DNA from: Escherichia phage PP01
Direction: 5' to 3' (one strand)
Sequence record: NC_054930.1
Length of the DNA: 64,000 nt
Shown: positions 9,467 to 19,046 of the stretch, piece after piece
Layout of the letters: each line of letters starts with the position of its first letter
Position numbering within the stretch: the stretch's first letter is position 1
Translations under genes and position numbers: made by a program
Notes under the pieces: generated by a model
Database searches by the model: none
Seen by the model: only the letters and a program-made list of their open reading frames with translations
What the model was told of the DNA's origin: nothing

Positions 9467-10786
9467 TCATACGTAAAACACATCATAACGACCACGAGTG
9501 ACACCAACATAAAGAAGCTGCTGAGCTAGTTCAGCATCTGCATAATGAATACAAGGCGTATAGATAAAAGCACGGTCTACAGACATGCCCTGAGCTTTAT
9601 GGAATGTTGATGCGGGAAGTGCTTTCACTTTACTAAACTGTGATTTAGCATCCCAAAAATCGCTCCACGGAGCTTTTCCACCTTTATTCCAATTTTTATA
9701 AGTTTCTGCCGTTTTACCTAAAAATAAGTTAAACTTATACAACTCTTCATCAGATGAAATTATTTTAATCTTTTCACGATAATATTCATCATCGCCGTAA
9801 GTTTCTACTGTTAAATCCCAATGACGAATTAGATATTCTCCAGAAACACCACGAGCTTTAACAAATGTTGATGTATACTCTGCTTCTATAATACGAACTA
9901 ATTGTCCGTTATTAAAAATAATTTCTGACACAGGCTTTCCATCAATTTTATATGTTTTAATTAATGGTTCCTGCATTACAATAATTTCACCAACGATAAA
10001 ATCTTTATCAGTTTCAAAAATCTTTTTGCGAATAATGCTATTTAACTTGTCAACGGATTTATTCGTAAATGCCATTACACGATTTTCAAACAAATCATCT
10101 AGCGATTTGACGATTGAAAAATAATTTACCATAAAATCGCGTAAAGCGGTATCACCAGTAAATCCACGTACTCCATGCCCGTCAACAATTTTATCATAAA
10201 TCCACTTACCATTACGAACATCAGTAGCTACATCAATAATAGGAGCATTACTACGTTTAACTTCAGTGAGTTCACACTGATAAAAATCTTTGTGTGTAAA
10301 GAATGGACTGATATAAGCAGTGTTTTCTCCTGGGTCAACAGGTCTAATTTGCTTATTATCGCCTATTCCAATTATAGTACACCATGGCGGGATAGTTGAA
10401 AGCAAAATTTTAGATAGCTTTCTATCATACATTGACACTTCGTCGCAGATTAATACCCTGCATTTAGCCAAATCCGGTACTTCTTTTTGCTCAAAAAGAA
10501 CGTTTTCTTCGTATGTTACTGGGTTAATTTTAAGAATACTGTGAATAGTACTCGCTTCTTTCCCTGACAGTTTTGAAAGAATCTTTTTAGCTGCATGAGT
10601 AGGAGCTGCTAAAATAATGCCAGTTTCGCCTGTAGATATTAAGGCTTCAATGATGAACTTAGTAAGAGTAGTCTTACCAGTACCAGCAGGTCCATTAATA
10701 GTTACATGATGTTTCTTTTCTTTAATAGCCCTCATAACGATGTTAAAGGCATTTTTCTGGCCTTCTGTCAAATCATCAAATGTCAT
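9467..10786 (-). CDS. dda: Dda DNA helicase (SF1)
   Basis: 439 aa as in T4 Dda; Walker A GPAGTGKT, Walker B LICDEVSM. Confidence 0.9.
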   Translation of the reverse strand: MTFDDLTEGQKNAFNIVMRAIKEKKHHVTINGPAGTGKTTLTKFIIEALISTGETGIILAAPTHAAKKILSKLSGKEASTIHSILKINPVTYEENVLFEQKEVPDLAKCRVLICDEVSMYDRKLSKILLSTIPPWCTIIGIGDNKQIRPVDPGENTAYISPFFTHKDFYQCELTEVKRSNAPIIDVATDVRNGKWIYDKIVDGHGVRGFTGDTALRDFMVNYFSIVKSLDDLFENRVMAFTNKSVDKLNSIIRKKIFETDKDFIVGEIIVMQEPLIKTYKIDGKPVSEIIFNNGQLVRIIEAEYTSTFVKARGVSGEYLIRHWDLTVETYGDDEYYREKIKIISSDEELYKFNLFLGKTAETYKNWNKGGKAPWSDFWDAKSQFSKVKALPASTFHKAQGMSVDRAFIYTPCIHYADAELAQQLLYVGVTRGRYDVFYV

Positions 10787-11094
10787 CGTAAATTCCCTGC
10801 AATTGGTATACTAACAATACGCCCAGTATCTAAAATTCGCCGATATAATCTTTGTGTGTCTACATCAGGCTTAACATGTTTAACTTCTATTTTATTAAAC
10901 CAAAACTTGCGTGGAGTCTCAACTAATCTCGGAATTCCCATACCTAAAGCTAGTCGATACTGCTCTTTAAGAGTTGTAAAAACTTTATCGGCAATCTCCC
11001 TTTCAAAAAATACAGCAGGACGATGTTCATCAAGAGGAACAGGCACCGCAAATCCATCTTTATCTCTATACACTATCGCATATACATAAAACAT
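10783..11094 (-). CDS. hypothetical protein (dda.1 position)
   Basis: 103-aa ORF overlapping dda start by 4 nt. Confidence 0.5.
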   Translation of the reverse strand: MFYVYAIVYRDKDGFAVPVPLDEHRPAVFFEREIADKVFTTLKEQYRLALGMGIPRLVETPRKFWFNKIEVKHVKPDVDTQRLYRRILDTGRIVSIPIAGNLR

Positions 11095-11095
11095 A

Positions 11096-11842
11096 TTATC
11101 CTCGGATAAGTTTAAAAATTGAACAATTTAGCGGGTATCCTCTTTTCAGTTTAAGTTTATCAATAAAAGACAAGTTTTGATACCGCTCTACACCTTGAAT
11201 AATTTTATCACACATATCATATTGCATTTCTGCTTCTGACAACTTTTTCACAGTTTTCCAATCCGAGCCTTTAAGAAGAACGTTCAATTTAACAACTTCA
11301 GCGCCTTCTGCTATACGAGAACCATCAATACGAGCTTTGAGTGCTATAATCGTTAGCTTAACGTCAGAAGTTTGTTTTGATTTAGAAAGCTGAGAAATGT
11401 GCTCAATTCGGTTTTCACGTTTTTTCTGTATAGCTTTAATTTGATTATAAGTCTTTTTGATTTTAGCCCATTTCTTTTCATCTAAATTTAGTTTATGAAC
11501 TTTTTTCGCAGATGAACGACCAATTCGCAAAGCAAATAAATCACGCTTTTCAATCAACTCTTCTAAAGTATAATCAGAACGAAATGTATTGTACTTTTTC
11601 TTTACTGCAATAACATTCCCTTTAATGTATCCAACGTTATTATCAAAACGTTCTAATGATAATTTCTCTCCTTCAATACGATTATCAAAAGGTTCTCCTG
11701 AGTAAGCGCAAACTTTCTGATCTAAAATGTTCTTAATGTAATTGAAGTCTAAGTTAAAATCTTTAGAACGTCTTTTGGCAGATGCCTGAGTATGCTCTAG
11801 ACGACGTTTAATTTTACGAATTTGATTATTAGACAGTTTCAT
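11096..11842 (-). CDS. srd: Srd-like protein
   Basis: 248 aa, basic; position between dda and modA as in T4. Confidence 0.5.
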   Translation of the reverse strand: MKLSNNQIRKIKRRLEHTQASAKRRSKDFNLDFNYIKNILDQKVCAYSGEPFDNRIEGEKLSLERFDNNVGYIKGNVIAVKKKYNTFRSDYTLEELIEKRDLFALRIGRSSAKKVHKLNLDEKKWAKIKKTYNQIKAIQKKRENRIEHISQLSKSKQTSDVKLTIIALKARIDGSRIAEGAEVVKLNVLLKGSDWKTVKKLSEAEMQYDMCDKIIQGVERYQNLSFIDKLKLKRGYPLNCSIFKLIRG

Positions 11843-11872
11843 ATTTTTCTCACGGACGGGTTAACTACTTAT

Positions 11873-11902
11873 ACTATAACATTTTTACTTCAGCTTGTAA
11901 AC
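11873..11902 (-). promoter_or_regulatory. early promoter upstream of srd
   Basis: GTTTAC, 18 bp, TATAGT. Confidence 0.5.
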
Positions 11903-11916
11903 AACTTTATGAAAAA

Positions 11917-11941
11917 TGCTTTAAAACTTTCATGGTATAAT
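11917..11941 (+). promoter_or_regulatory. plus-strand middle-promoter-like element (MotA box + extended -10)
   Basis: TGCTTTA then 12 nt then TGGTATAAT on the plus strand, between srd and modA. Confidence 0.35.
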
Positions 11942-11958
11942 GAATCTAAGTCCTTCCA

Positions 11959-12561
11959 TTATAGATTAAATCCTTCAAAATCAAGAGTATAGATAGTGTA
12001 TGTTGAATACTTTTTATACTCGTATCTATCCGCAATTCTAAATACACTTCCAGCTGGTATCATTACTTCCTGTTCATCTGAAACTAATTCCATATTACGA
12101 TAACGATGGCTATCCGGAAATTTAAAACTCGGACTATATTCTTTACAACGTAGAGCTTTTATAGCATACTCCTGAAAATTAAATACCATAGGAGCTTTAA
12201 ATTCAAAAATAACTTGTGTGTTATACTCTAAACCAGAAGCAAAATGTAGAGCTATATTTTTATCATATGAAGCTGATACTACTTTATCAAATGTAATAAT
12301 ATCAATTCCTTGATTTAACACTTGCTTAGTCTCAACTGGAACACCTCTCCAAAGAGGTTTATCGTTTGGAACCAAACGAGATTTGATTATTTCATTTAAC
12401 CAGGAATGATCGTCTGGCTTATTAGTAATACAATGAATTAAAAGTTCAATTTCAGATAAATTAAATCCTTCAGAAAGTAATTCTTCACGAATAGAAGCAC
12501 GCACCGATGCATCCATTGATTTGATTTTAAAATCTTTTAATTGCATTGCTGAATATTTCAT
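11959..12561 (-). CDS. modA: ADP-ribosyltransferase ModA
   Basis: 200 aa as in T4 ModA; R / S-x-S / E-Q-E ART triad pattern; paralogue of next gene. Confidence 0.75.
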   Translation of the reverse strand: MKYSAMQLKDFKIKSMDASVRASIREELLSEGFNLSEIELLIHCITNKPDDHSWLNEIIKSRLVPNDKPLWRGVPVETKQVLNQGIDIITFDKVVSASYDKNIALHFASGLEYNTQVIFEFKAPMVFNFQEYAIKALRCKEYSPSFKFPDSHRYRNMELVSDEQEVMIPAGSVFRIADRYEYKKYSTYTIYTLDFEGFNL

Positions 12562-13193
12562 TCAACTACCTCAATATCATACACTTTAAATGTTCCAAAT
12601 GAATCGTGTAATTTTTCTTTTGAAATAGAAGTTATTTTATACTTTCCAATTGGAATCATCCATTCTTGTTCATGTACAATCATCATTAAGTTATCAGTAC
12701 GTTCTGAATCTAATCCATCAGTATCTTCATATGTATACTTAAACTCAGTATTAGGAGAAGAAAGTATAATATCGCTGATATGGTCAGAGTAATTAAAAGC
12801 TTTATCCGTTTTTAAGCGAAGTACTATTTCAGTGAAATATTCAGCATAAGAAAAAGAACACGCTGTATGCAAACTAGTAGTAAATGAATCTACTCTGTTC
12901 GTTGAAAACACTTCTCCAACTTGTAAATCTTTAATGAGTTCTTTTGTCGATTTTGATATACCACGATATAGCTGATACGGCGATTTAGTTAAATGCTTTT
13001 TAACGATTTTATTCAACTGCCGATGAAGAGCTTCATTCTTTTTGGCTTCCATACATTGCCAAAGAACTGACTGCTCAAAGTCAGTAAATTTTTCACAGAC
13101 CTTTTTATACATGTCATATTGAAAATCGACACTTTCAGCTTTTATAGATAACTGTTCAACATCTGCGAGATTAATAATCATGATAGCCTCCAT
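12558..13193 (-). CDS. modB: ADP-ribosyltransferase ModB
   Basis: 211 aa; ART motifs (YRG, STN, EQEWMIP); tandem paralogue of modA. Confidence 0.7.
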   Translation of the reverse strand: MEAIMIINLADVEQLSIKAESVDFQYDMYKKVCEKFTDFEQSVLWQCMEAKKNEALHRQLNKIVKKHLTKSPYQLYRGISKSTKELIKDLQVGEVFSTNRVDSFTTSLHTACSFSYAEYFTEIVLRLKTDKAFNYSDHISDIILSSPNTEFKYTYEDTDGLDSERTDNLMMIVHEQEWMIPIGKYKITSISKEKLHDSFGTFKVYDIEVVE

Positions 13194-13207
13194 ATACTTC
13201 AGAAGCT

Positions 13208-13237
13208 ATCATATCATTGTTAGGAAGGAAAGTAAAC
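13208..13237 (-). promoter_or_regulatory. early promoter upstream of modB
   Basis: GTTTAC, 18 bp, TATGAT. Confidence 0.45.
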
Positions 13238-13248
13238 AACTTTTTGAA

Positions 13249-13431
13249 TTATTTTGCCCAGGGAGCCCAGGGCGGAGGGTCAAGATGGTATGAAGCTAGT
13301 TCTTCTAGAAGAGCATCTGGGGCTTCAATTCCATAATTCTGTAATACTATACGGTACTCTTTCTTATAATCACTAGAATCATTCTGGATATTCGTAGAAT
13401 GATTATCTTCTAACATCTCAAATAAATCCAT
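13249..13431 (-). CDS. small hypothetical protein
   Basis: 60-aa ORF; GC-rich 3' end. Confidence 0.4.
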   Translation of the reverse strand: MDLFEMLEDNHSTNIQNDSSDYKKEYRIVLQNYGIEAPDALLEELASYHLDPPPWAPWAK

Positions 13432-13439
13432 ATTAATTC

Positions 13440-13910
13440 CTAGCGATAAAAACCAAAATAACGATTAGTTTCAATAATCTTTCTTTCTTCTTCGGACATT
13501 CTCCAGCGTAGTCCAACATCAAAATGAGCCCAGACCATCTTAACAAATGCATTTATATCTTTAATATCTTCAATAATGAATGTTTTACTTTTAGAAGGTT
13601 GACTCGCTAATTTAACTTTATCGTCTTCAAACAGGTCAAAAAGACCATATTCATGAGCTCTTTTATAGCCTTTAATAGTTAAAGCTTCAGAAGAAGAAAA
13701 TGGTGAATCAGTATTCTGCAAAATATCTTCAGTATGCTTTATAATTAGAATAACATTTTCTGGATATTTTCTTTCTTTTATATCTTTAATTAAAATATCC
13801 GGATTTTCTGCTAAAGGAATAATTAATGAGCACTTTTTATCAAGTGTATTTACTGATTTACCTTCTTTGGACATAAATTCTATTGAATAATGTTTTGCTA
13901 CTTCAATCAT
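13440..13910 (-). CDS. hypothetical protein
   Basis: 156-aa ORF in early gene chain. Confidence 0.5.
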   Translation of the reverse strand: MIEVAKHYSIEFMSKEGKSVNTLDKKCSLIIPLAENPDILIKDIKERKYPENVILIIKHTEDILQNTDSPFSSSEALTIKGYKRAHEYGLFDLFEDDKVKLASQPSKSKTFIIEDIKDINAFVKMVWAHFDVGLRWRMSEEERKIIETNRYFGFYR

Positions 13911-14063
13911 GTGATTTCCTCTTGCCTACTAATGGGCCGTCAGGAATTTTGTTTTCCTGGATATATTTCTCATTTTCTTCCATCATTTTACTGCCAATTT
14001 TAAGAAGCAAATCCAATGCTTCATTTGCTTTAGCCTTGGCCTCTTCTAGCGTCATATCTCTGT

Positions 14064-14267
14064 TCACGATTTATCCCCATAGATGTCTCTCATCAATTTA
14101 AGCGCTGAGCGTTCTAATTTCTTTTCTTTCTCAGCACTAATCATTGATTTCATCCATTCTTCTGATTCGTTCTGCATTTCTTTATTTGCTTGTTCAACCC
14201 AACCATCATCAATGTACATTGAGTTTGGTCTACTGAACCATTCAAGCATTTTCTTCAGAACTTTCAT
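14064..14267 (-). CDS. small hypothetical protein
   Basis: 67-aa ORF. Confidence 0.4.
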   Translation of the reverse strand: MKVLKKMLEWFSRPNSMYIDDGWVEQANKEMQNESEEWMKSMISAEKEKKLERSALKLMRDIYGDKS

Positions 14268-14739
14268 TTGTTTTACCTAAAACAACAGTAGGAGCATCAT
14301 CAAATTCATGAATTTTTAGCAAATTTGGATGTAAACTATTCCATACAGAAGAAATAAAGTATGATAAAGCATCTTCACTCACAATTATAAATTTATTTCC
14401 TTTATCTATTTTCCAGCTATATACTGAATCATACGAATAGAAAGATAAAGGTTTATCATTATATTGTTCTGCGCTAACATTAATGTATTCGGATTTAGTA
14501 AATGCTTCAATTGCTCTAAATGGAATATTTGGTACAGTTTCAATAATACCAATCTTTTTAAGTTTTATTTCAGCATCTTCTGGAACTGGCATTGAAACAA
14601 AATTTTCTACGAGATACATTGGGTCACAATAACCCTTATCAATCATTACTGCTACTGTAATTGGAACATCTTTAGCAAACGACATGCTATTACTGCTAAT
14701 ATACATTTCAAACAAAATCGCTTCCATAATTTTCCTCAA
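14242..14739 (-). CDS. hypothetical protein
   Basis: 165-aa ORF. Confidence 0.45.
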   Translation of the reverse strand: MRKIMEAILFEMYISSNSMSFAKDVPITVAVMIDKGYCDPMYLVENFVSMPVPEDAEIKLKKIGIIETVPNIPFRAIEAFTKSEYINVSAEQYNDKPLSFYSYDSVYSWKIDKGNKFIIVSEDALSYFISSVWNSLHPNLLKIHEFDDAPTVVLGKTNESSEENA

Positions 14740-15077
14740 TCACAAGATGTAGATGAACAACTAGAATCGCAAGAACTTCCACACGAATCGCCCGTCCATA
14801 CATGAACAGGAACATTAGTGTCATATGAATCAGAACTAGACTGTGTATTCTGCGTATTAGATGATGTAGTAGGTGTTGACCAGCGCCAAGGATTTTTATA
14901 ATATTCTTGGGCTTCTTCATAAGTCATAGTAACTGCTTCTACTGTTCCATCTCCCATATAAACATACTCAACTACAGTTAAAGGGAGGTAGTCATTTGAA
15001 ATAGGAACTACACCTTCTCCGGGAGTTGTAGAGAAAAAATCCGTAAAGAAACTTTTAAACCAATTAAAGATAAACAT
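14736..15077 (-). CDS. hypothetical protein with Cys/Ser-rich C-terminal tail
   Basis: 113 aa; C-terminus [18 protein letters not shown]. Confidence 0.45.
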   Translation of the reverse strand: MFIFNWFKSFFTDFFSTTPGEGVVPISNDYLPLTVVEYVYMGDGTVEAVTMTYEEAQEYYKNPWRWSTPTTSSNTQNTQSSSDSYDTNVPVHVWTGDSCGSSCDSSCSSTSCD

Positions 15078-15283
15078 TACAAAAAGCCTCTCTTGAATTC
15101 GACTTGCTTTTCGCCATAATCATATCGAATCTCTGCATTAAATTCGACAGAACCATCTGCGTACATCATAAATGAGTGCACAACAACTTCTGTAGACCAT
15201 GGCTGCAGTTCATATTTCTTCATTACATGCCGTGAAATGATAATATCTAAATCTTCATTTGGTTTAATCCAACGATTTAACAT
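15077..15283 (-). CDS. small hypothetical protein
   Basis: 68-aa ORF downstream of early promoter at 15310-15339. Confidence 0.45.
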   Translation of the reverse strand: MLNRWIKPNEDLDIIISRHVMKKYELQPWSTEVVVHSFMMYADGSVEFNAEIRYDYGEKQVEFKRGFL

Positions 15284-15309
15284 AGTACTCTCCTCTATAA
15301 GATAATTCT

Positions 15310-15339
15310 ATTATACCATACTCATTTTGGAAAGTAAAC
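15310..15339 (-). promoter_or_regulatory. early promoter
   Basis: GTTTAC, 18 bp, TATAAT with TGG extension; just downstream of the soc terminator. Confidence 0.6.
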
Positions 15340-15349
15340 CAGTAAAATG

Positions 15350-15373
15350 AAAAAGGACTCCCGAAGGAGTCCT
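15350..15373 (-). terminator. rho-independent terminator after soc
   Basis: GGACTCC-CGAA-GGAGTCC stem followed by a T-run on the minus strand. Confidence 0.65.
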
Positions 15374-15378
15374 TGAAT

Positions 15379-15624
15379 TTATTCACCAGTTACTTTCCAC
15401 AAATCTTCGTTTGCAGTAATCCATTCAGTACGTTGATTTTCTTCATATACTGTAGAATATGCTGCTTTTTCTGAAGGGAATATCTGATAATGAGCGCCAG
15501 AAATTTTGTGAACGTCAGAATAAAGAGGGAAAGCTACAGAAATTTCCTTTCCTTCAATTTTCTTATTTCCATCTAATTTTTGCTCAAATGTTTTAATATT
15601 AACATAACCGCGAGTACTAGCCAT
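15379..15624 (-). CDS. soc: small outer capsid protein Soc
   Basis: Sequence MASTRGYVNIKTFEQKLDG... matches T4 Soc as recalled; late-promoter TATAAATA upstream; terminator downstream. Confidence 0.9.
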   Translation of the reverse strand: MASTRGYVNIKTFEQKLDGNKKIEGKEISVAFPLYSDVHKISGAHYQIFPSEKAAYSTVYEENQRTEWITANEDLWKVTGE

Positions 15625-15640
15625 GTAATTCTCCTTTTAT

Positions 15641-15850
15641 TTAAATTACATGACTATTTATAATAAATTCTTGCGGAACGTTAAAATACCCAATTTTAGT
15701 TAATATAACAACATCACCGTTAATAATTACCGGAGAATAATCGGCTGGAGCATTAAACTTCCAATGAGCTCTAATATTATATCCATCAGAACCAAATGCT
15801 CGACTAGCCGGTCTCCCGGCTTTTTGCCATGCATAAAAATCAAATTTCAT
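15641..15850 (-). CDS. small hypothetical protein
   Basis: 69-aa ORF; occupies the locus where T4 has segF. Confidence 0.4.
   Translation of the reverse strand: MKFDFYAWQKAGRPASRAFGSDGYNIRAHWKFNAPADYSPVIINGDVVILTKIGYFNVPQEFIINSHVI
15655..15662 (-). promoter_or_regulatory. late promoter upstream of soc
   Basis: Exact minus-strand TATAAATA about 31 nt upstream of the soc ATG. Confidence 0.6.
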
Positions 15851-16047
15851 TTTGAATGCTCTATAATTAATTTTAAGGCTTCTTCATGCACCTTACCTAA
15901 TTGTATATGTCCAGTTTTAATTGTGTAAGCTTTGTGGAGCTGATTAGATAAGAGCTCGTATGTGAGCTCCTTGTCATAATTTTTAAATAGCTGGTCAATA
16001 CGTTTCTTGTGGGCTTTCTTAAGCTGGCGTTTATTTAAACGAGCCAT
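15847..16047 (-). CDS. small basic hypothetical protein
   Basis: 66-aa ORF overlapping neighbours by 1-4 nt. Confidence 0.4.
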   Translation of the reverse strand: MARLNKRQLKKAHKKRIDQLFKNYDKELTYELLSNQLHKAYTIKTGHIQLGKVHEEALKLIIEHSK

Positions 16048-16565
16048 TAATAACCTCGGTCTTGACGAGCGAAGTTTTCAGCATTTTTCAGATAATAAAG
16101 TTTAAAGATTTCTTCAGCTGACATTCCAAGAGCAATGAATTTATTCATGAAAAAGTGAAATTGATCAATCAATTCAAATTTAATTTCAAGTTGATCTTCA
16201 GGAGATAAATCTTGAATTTTCTTGGATTGCATTTCAGAATAACGTTTCTTCCAAGGTTTCCATACAGCAGAAGCTTCTTTTTCGCCATTGCTCATACCAC
16301 CAAGAGAAGTATATAGCTCGCGAGTTTCGTCTGCGATATAATCGTCTTGGTTTCGCAGCCAAGCAAGAACTTCTCCCGCAGTTTCAAGCGAATCGGGGTG
16401 ACGATTCGTTTCTGGTTTATCATTAGCCAAACGAATCTGTAAATGCCGCTGCATATCAAGCATAACCTGCAGTGGGTCAATATTGTGCATAATATTCTCA
16501 GCATATGCACGATTTGCTTTATCAACACCTTCGATCAAATGAGCGCATTCATTAAAGTAAGCCAT
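16047..16565 (-). CDS. 56: dCTPase/dUTPase (MazG-like NTP pyrophosphatase)
   Basis: ORF track 16047-16658; internal Met at 16565 gives about 171 aa as in T4 gp56. Confidence 0.75.
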   Translation of the reverse strand: MAYFNECAHLIEGVDKANRAYAENIMHNIDPLQVMLDMQRHLQIRLANDKPETNRHPDSLETAGEVLAWLRNQDDYIADETRELYTSLGGMSNGEKEASAVWKPWKKRYSEMQSKKIQDLSPEDQLEIKFELIDQFHFFMNKFIALGMSAEEIFKLYYLKNAENFARQDRGY

Positions 16566-16636
16566 TATTTTTCCTTTCAATTCATGAGTTAGTAGATTAA
16601 TTATACAATAAATATATAAAGCAATAAGGAGGATAT

Positions 16637-16837
16637 ATGGTACAAAAATTAATGGCACTTGTTAATGCCATAAAAGGTAATAAAAAACGTATAGCTTTTA
16701 CTATTTCTGCTATGATAGGAATTTTACTCTGGAATTTTGTTTTATCGCCAATTGCTATTGCTCATGGTGTTAATATTCCAGTAATTACTCTTGATACATT
16801 CGTAGATTTAGCATTTGCTTTGGTTGGGTTAATTTAA
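16637..16837 (+). CDS. small hydrophobic membrane protein (plus strand)
   Basis: 66-aa ORF preceded by AAGGAGG 7 nt from ATG; lies between the divergent 56 and 61 ends; two hydrophobic segments. Confidence 0.5.
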   Translation: MVQKLMALVNAIKGNKKRIAFTISAMIGILLWNFVLSPIAIAHGVNIPVITLDTFVDLAFALVGLI

Positions 16838-17862
16838 ATCTTAGCATATTTAGATAGCCGCATTTTAGCCATCAACCCTTGAGCAATATTATTTTTCATA
16901 TATTCCATAATTTGTTCAGGGGTTGCACCTTCCTTTCTAATCATATCATTAACATCTTTTGATTTCCAGGGAGATTTGTCCCAAAACATAACCCTTTCTC
17001 CTGCATCAACTAATTTAGTCATTCGTTTAATAGTGTCAGGATGACGAGGTTCATTATCTAAAACCCACACACGTCTATCTTTAAATGGAACAATTTCTAG
17101 GTCTAATTGACCACCCGTAATAGCTATACCATTTTCAATAAAAAGCGAATCTATAGGTCCTTCTAGAACATATACATCGCCATCTTTAACCCGTTCAACT
17201 CCATAGATTTTTGTTGCCTCAGGATAAGCTTTGATGGTGATATATTTTTGAGGAGCATCTTTCTTTAACGCACGGCCTTGAAAAGACTCAGCTTTTCCAT
17301 TAGCATTATAAATTGGAATAACAAGACGAGGCTCAGGTATTTCCTTTTTGTATGTTCCTGGTGCTATGCTATTAACTAATTTAGGCCATTCGGTTGTAAA
17401 CCAAAGATATTTCCATTTATCCTTTGGAATACAGCGAGCTTTTACATATTTTATAATTGGATGGTCTTCCGCCAGTTTATCTAATCTAACGCATGACGGA
17501 AGAGATTTAATTATTTTCTTCTCAGGTTGTTTAGGAAGTTCTTTAGGTTTTTCTACTGGACGACTTTTACCTTTTTCTTTTCTTATTTCAAAGATATACT
17601 CACGATATAAATCGGGTTCAAACTCCTTTAAATATATTCCGATTGGTGCATGATAGTTGCAGTTATAACAATGAATATTTCCTTCATTATTATCGCCATA
17701 ATACCATCCACGGGCTTTATTTTGGTCGGTTTTTGAATCTCCACAAACAGGGCATCTAAACCGCAATTTAAAAGTTGAACTATTATTTACTTGTGTGAAT
17801 TTAGGTAAATGAGCCAATGCACGGTATGCAAACTCATTATCAATCCAAGGTATTGATGACAT
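16834..17862 (-). CDS. 61: DNA primase
   Basis: 342 aa as in T4 gp61; zinc ribbon CPVCGDS...CYNC; Toprim region. Confidence 0.9.
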   Translation of the reverse strand: MSSIPWIDNEFAYRALAHLPKFTQVNNSSTFKLRFRCPVCGDSKTDQNKARGWYYGDNNEGNIHCYNCNYHAPIGIYLKEFEPDLYREYIFEIRKEKGKSRPVEKPKELPKQPEKKIIKSLPSCVRLDKLAEDHPIIKYVKARCIPKDKWKYLWFTTEWPKLVNSIAPGTYKKEIPEPRLVIPIYNANGKAESFQGRALKKDAPQKYITIKAYPEATKIYGVERVKDGDVYVLEGPIDSLFIENGIAITGGQLDLEIVPFKDRRVWVLDNEPRHPDTIKRMTKLVDAGERVMFWDKSPWKSKDVNDMIRKEGATPEQIMEYMKNNIAQGLMAKMRLSKYAKI

Positions 17863-17864
17863 TT

Positions 17865-18029
17865 TTACTCTTCTTTTTCTTTAGATTCCTCTTTTTTCTT
17901 TTTAGGAATCTGTTCAGGACCTTTATTTACTGCAGCGCCTGACGTTGTTCCAGTGGAGATATTTTCAGGATTACCACCCGAATCTCCAGCTACCATATCT
18001 TCTTTGATAAATTCTTTATATGTTTTCAT
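17865..18029 (-). CDS. small hypothetical protein (61.1 position)
   Basis: 54-codon ORF found by hand (MKTYKEFIKEDMVAGDSGGN...); fills gap between 61 and the next gene. Confidence 0.35.
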   Translation of the reverse strand: MKTYKEFIKEDMVAGDSGGNPENISTGTTSGAAVNKGPEQIPKKKKEESKEKEE

Positions 18030-18030
18030 A

Positions 18031-18387
18031 TTAACCTCTATTCATAAAAGCATTAAAAATTTGGTCATCAATCGATGGAATAGCAACCTTTTCGGCATCA
18101 TTTAGCAAATCATTAATTTCATCAGATAGCATAACGCATGTACCTTTATTTCCTGTAATTGTTACTGCACAATTACGAACGTTTTCTTTATCAAATTTTA
18201 GGTTAATATTTTCGTAGTGAAAATCCTTTAATGCCGAATATATTTTTAAAATGAAATTGTCTTTTACTACAATAAACCCAACCTCACTATTAAAACGTGG
18301 TTCATGGAAACTGTAATAAACCTTTTCATCTATAAAATCGTATGAAATTTTTTCCATTTTTAAATATGAAAATTCAGAACTATACAT
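18031..18387 (-). CDS. hypothetical protein (61.2 position)
   Basis: 118-aa ORF. Confidence 0.45.
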   Translation of the reverse strand: MYSSEFSYLKMEKISYDFIDEKVYYSFHEPRFNSEVGFIVVKDNFILKIYSALKDFHYENINLKFDKENVRNCAVTITGNKGTCVMLSDEINDLLNDAEKVAIPSIDDQIFNAFMNRG

Positions 18388-18399
18388 ACTAACCTCTAA

Positions 18400-18693
18400 T
18401 TACTCACCTACCACTTCAGCGATGATATTTTTATTATTGAAGTTTTTATCACAATACAGAACGTAATTATACTGCATTACACCACCAGACTTAAGTTGTT
18501 TTTGCACTTCAGCTTTCATTTCAGGACGATCACGCTCAACGATATTCATAATATCCGCTTCAATTTGAGTTTCAACTTCAGTCTGATCTGCAGTCATAGA
18601 CCACTCACACAAATCTTTGTCATAACCCGCCATAGCAGGCTGAGCAGCGCAAGAAGATAAAGCAAAAATTGCAGCAAAGATAAATTTTTTCAT
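18400..18693 (-). CDS. sp: Spackle periplasmic protein
   Basis: 97 aa with cleavable signal peptide MKKFIFAAIFALSSCAAQPAMA; size/position as T4 Sp. Confidence 0.65.
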   Translation of the reverse strand: MKKFIFAAIFALSSCAAQPAMAGYDKDLCEWSMTADQTEVETQIEADIMNIVERDRPEMKAEVQKQLKSGGVMQYNYVLYCDKNFNNKNIIAEVVGE

Positions 18694-18719
18694 GATAATC
18701 TCCTCAGTAGTTTATGTTT

Positions 18720-18749
18720 ATAGTATCTCAATTTTCAACAAAAGTAAAC
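18720..18749 (-). promoter_or_regulatory. early promoter upstream of sp
   Basis: GTTTAC, 18 bp, TACTAT. Confidence 0.45.
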
Positions 18750-18796
18750 ACTAGTAGAAGCAAACAGACAAATTGCAATAATTGGTGATTTCAGTT

Positions 18797-18982
18797 TCAT
18801 TCTCCTCCTCCTCCTTCATGTTGATGAACATATTCTTTTTCAAGTCTAGAGCACAAGTTTTCATATTCAACTAATAAAAATGAATCAAGTGCGTTATTTC
18901 TATGCTGACACCGTTCTTGTAAAGAATCCATCTCTGAACGTTGTTCTTGTGTTAATAATTGATAACCTGATACTTTAGACAT
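18797..18982 (-). CDS. small hypothetical protein
   Basis: ORF track 18797-18994 (MENKM); second Met is the likelier start. Confidence 0.4.
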   Translation of the reverse strand: MSKVSGYQLLTQEQRSEMDSLQERCQHRNNALDSFLLVEYENLCSRLEKEYVHQHEGGGGE

Positions 18983-19046
18983 TTTGTTCTCCATTTACTC
19001 GTTTGTTTTGATAGGTCTATAATAACATGTTTAAAATAAAAGTAAA

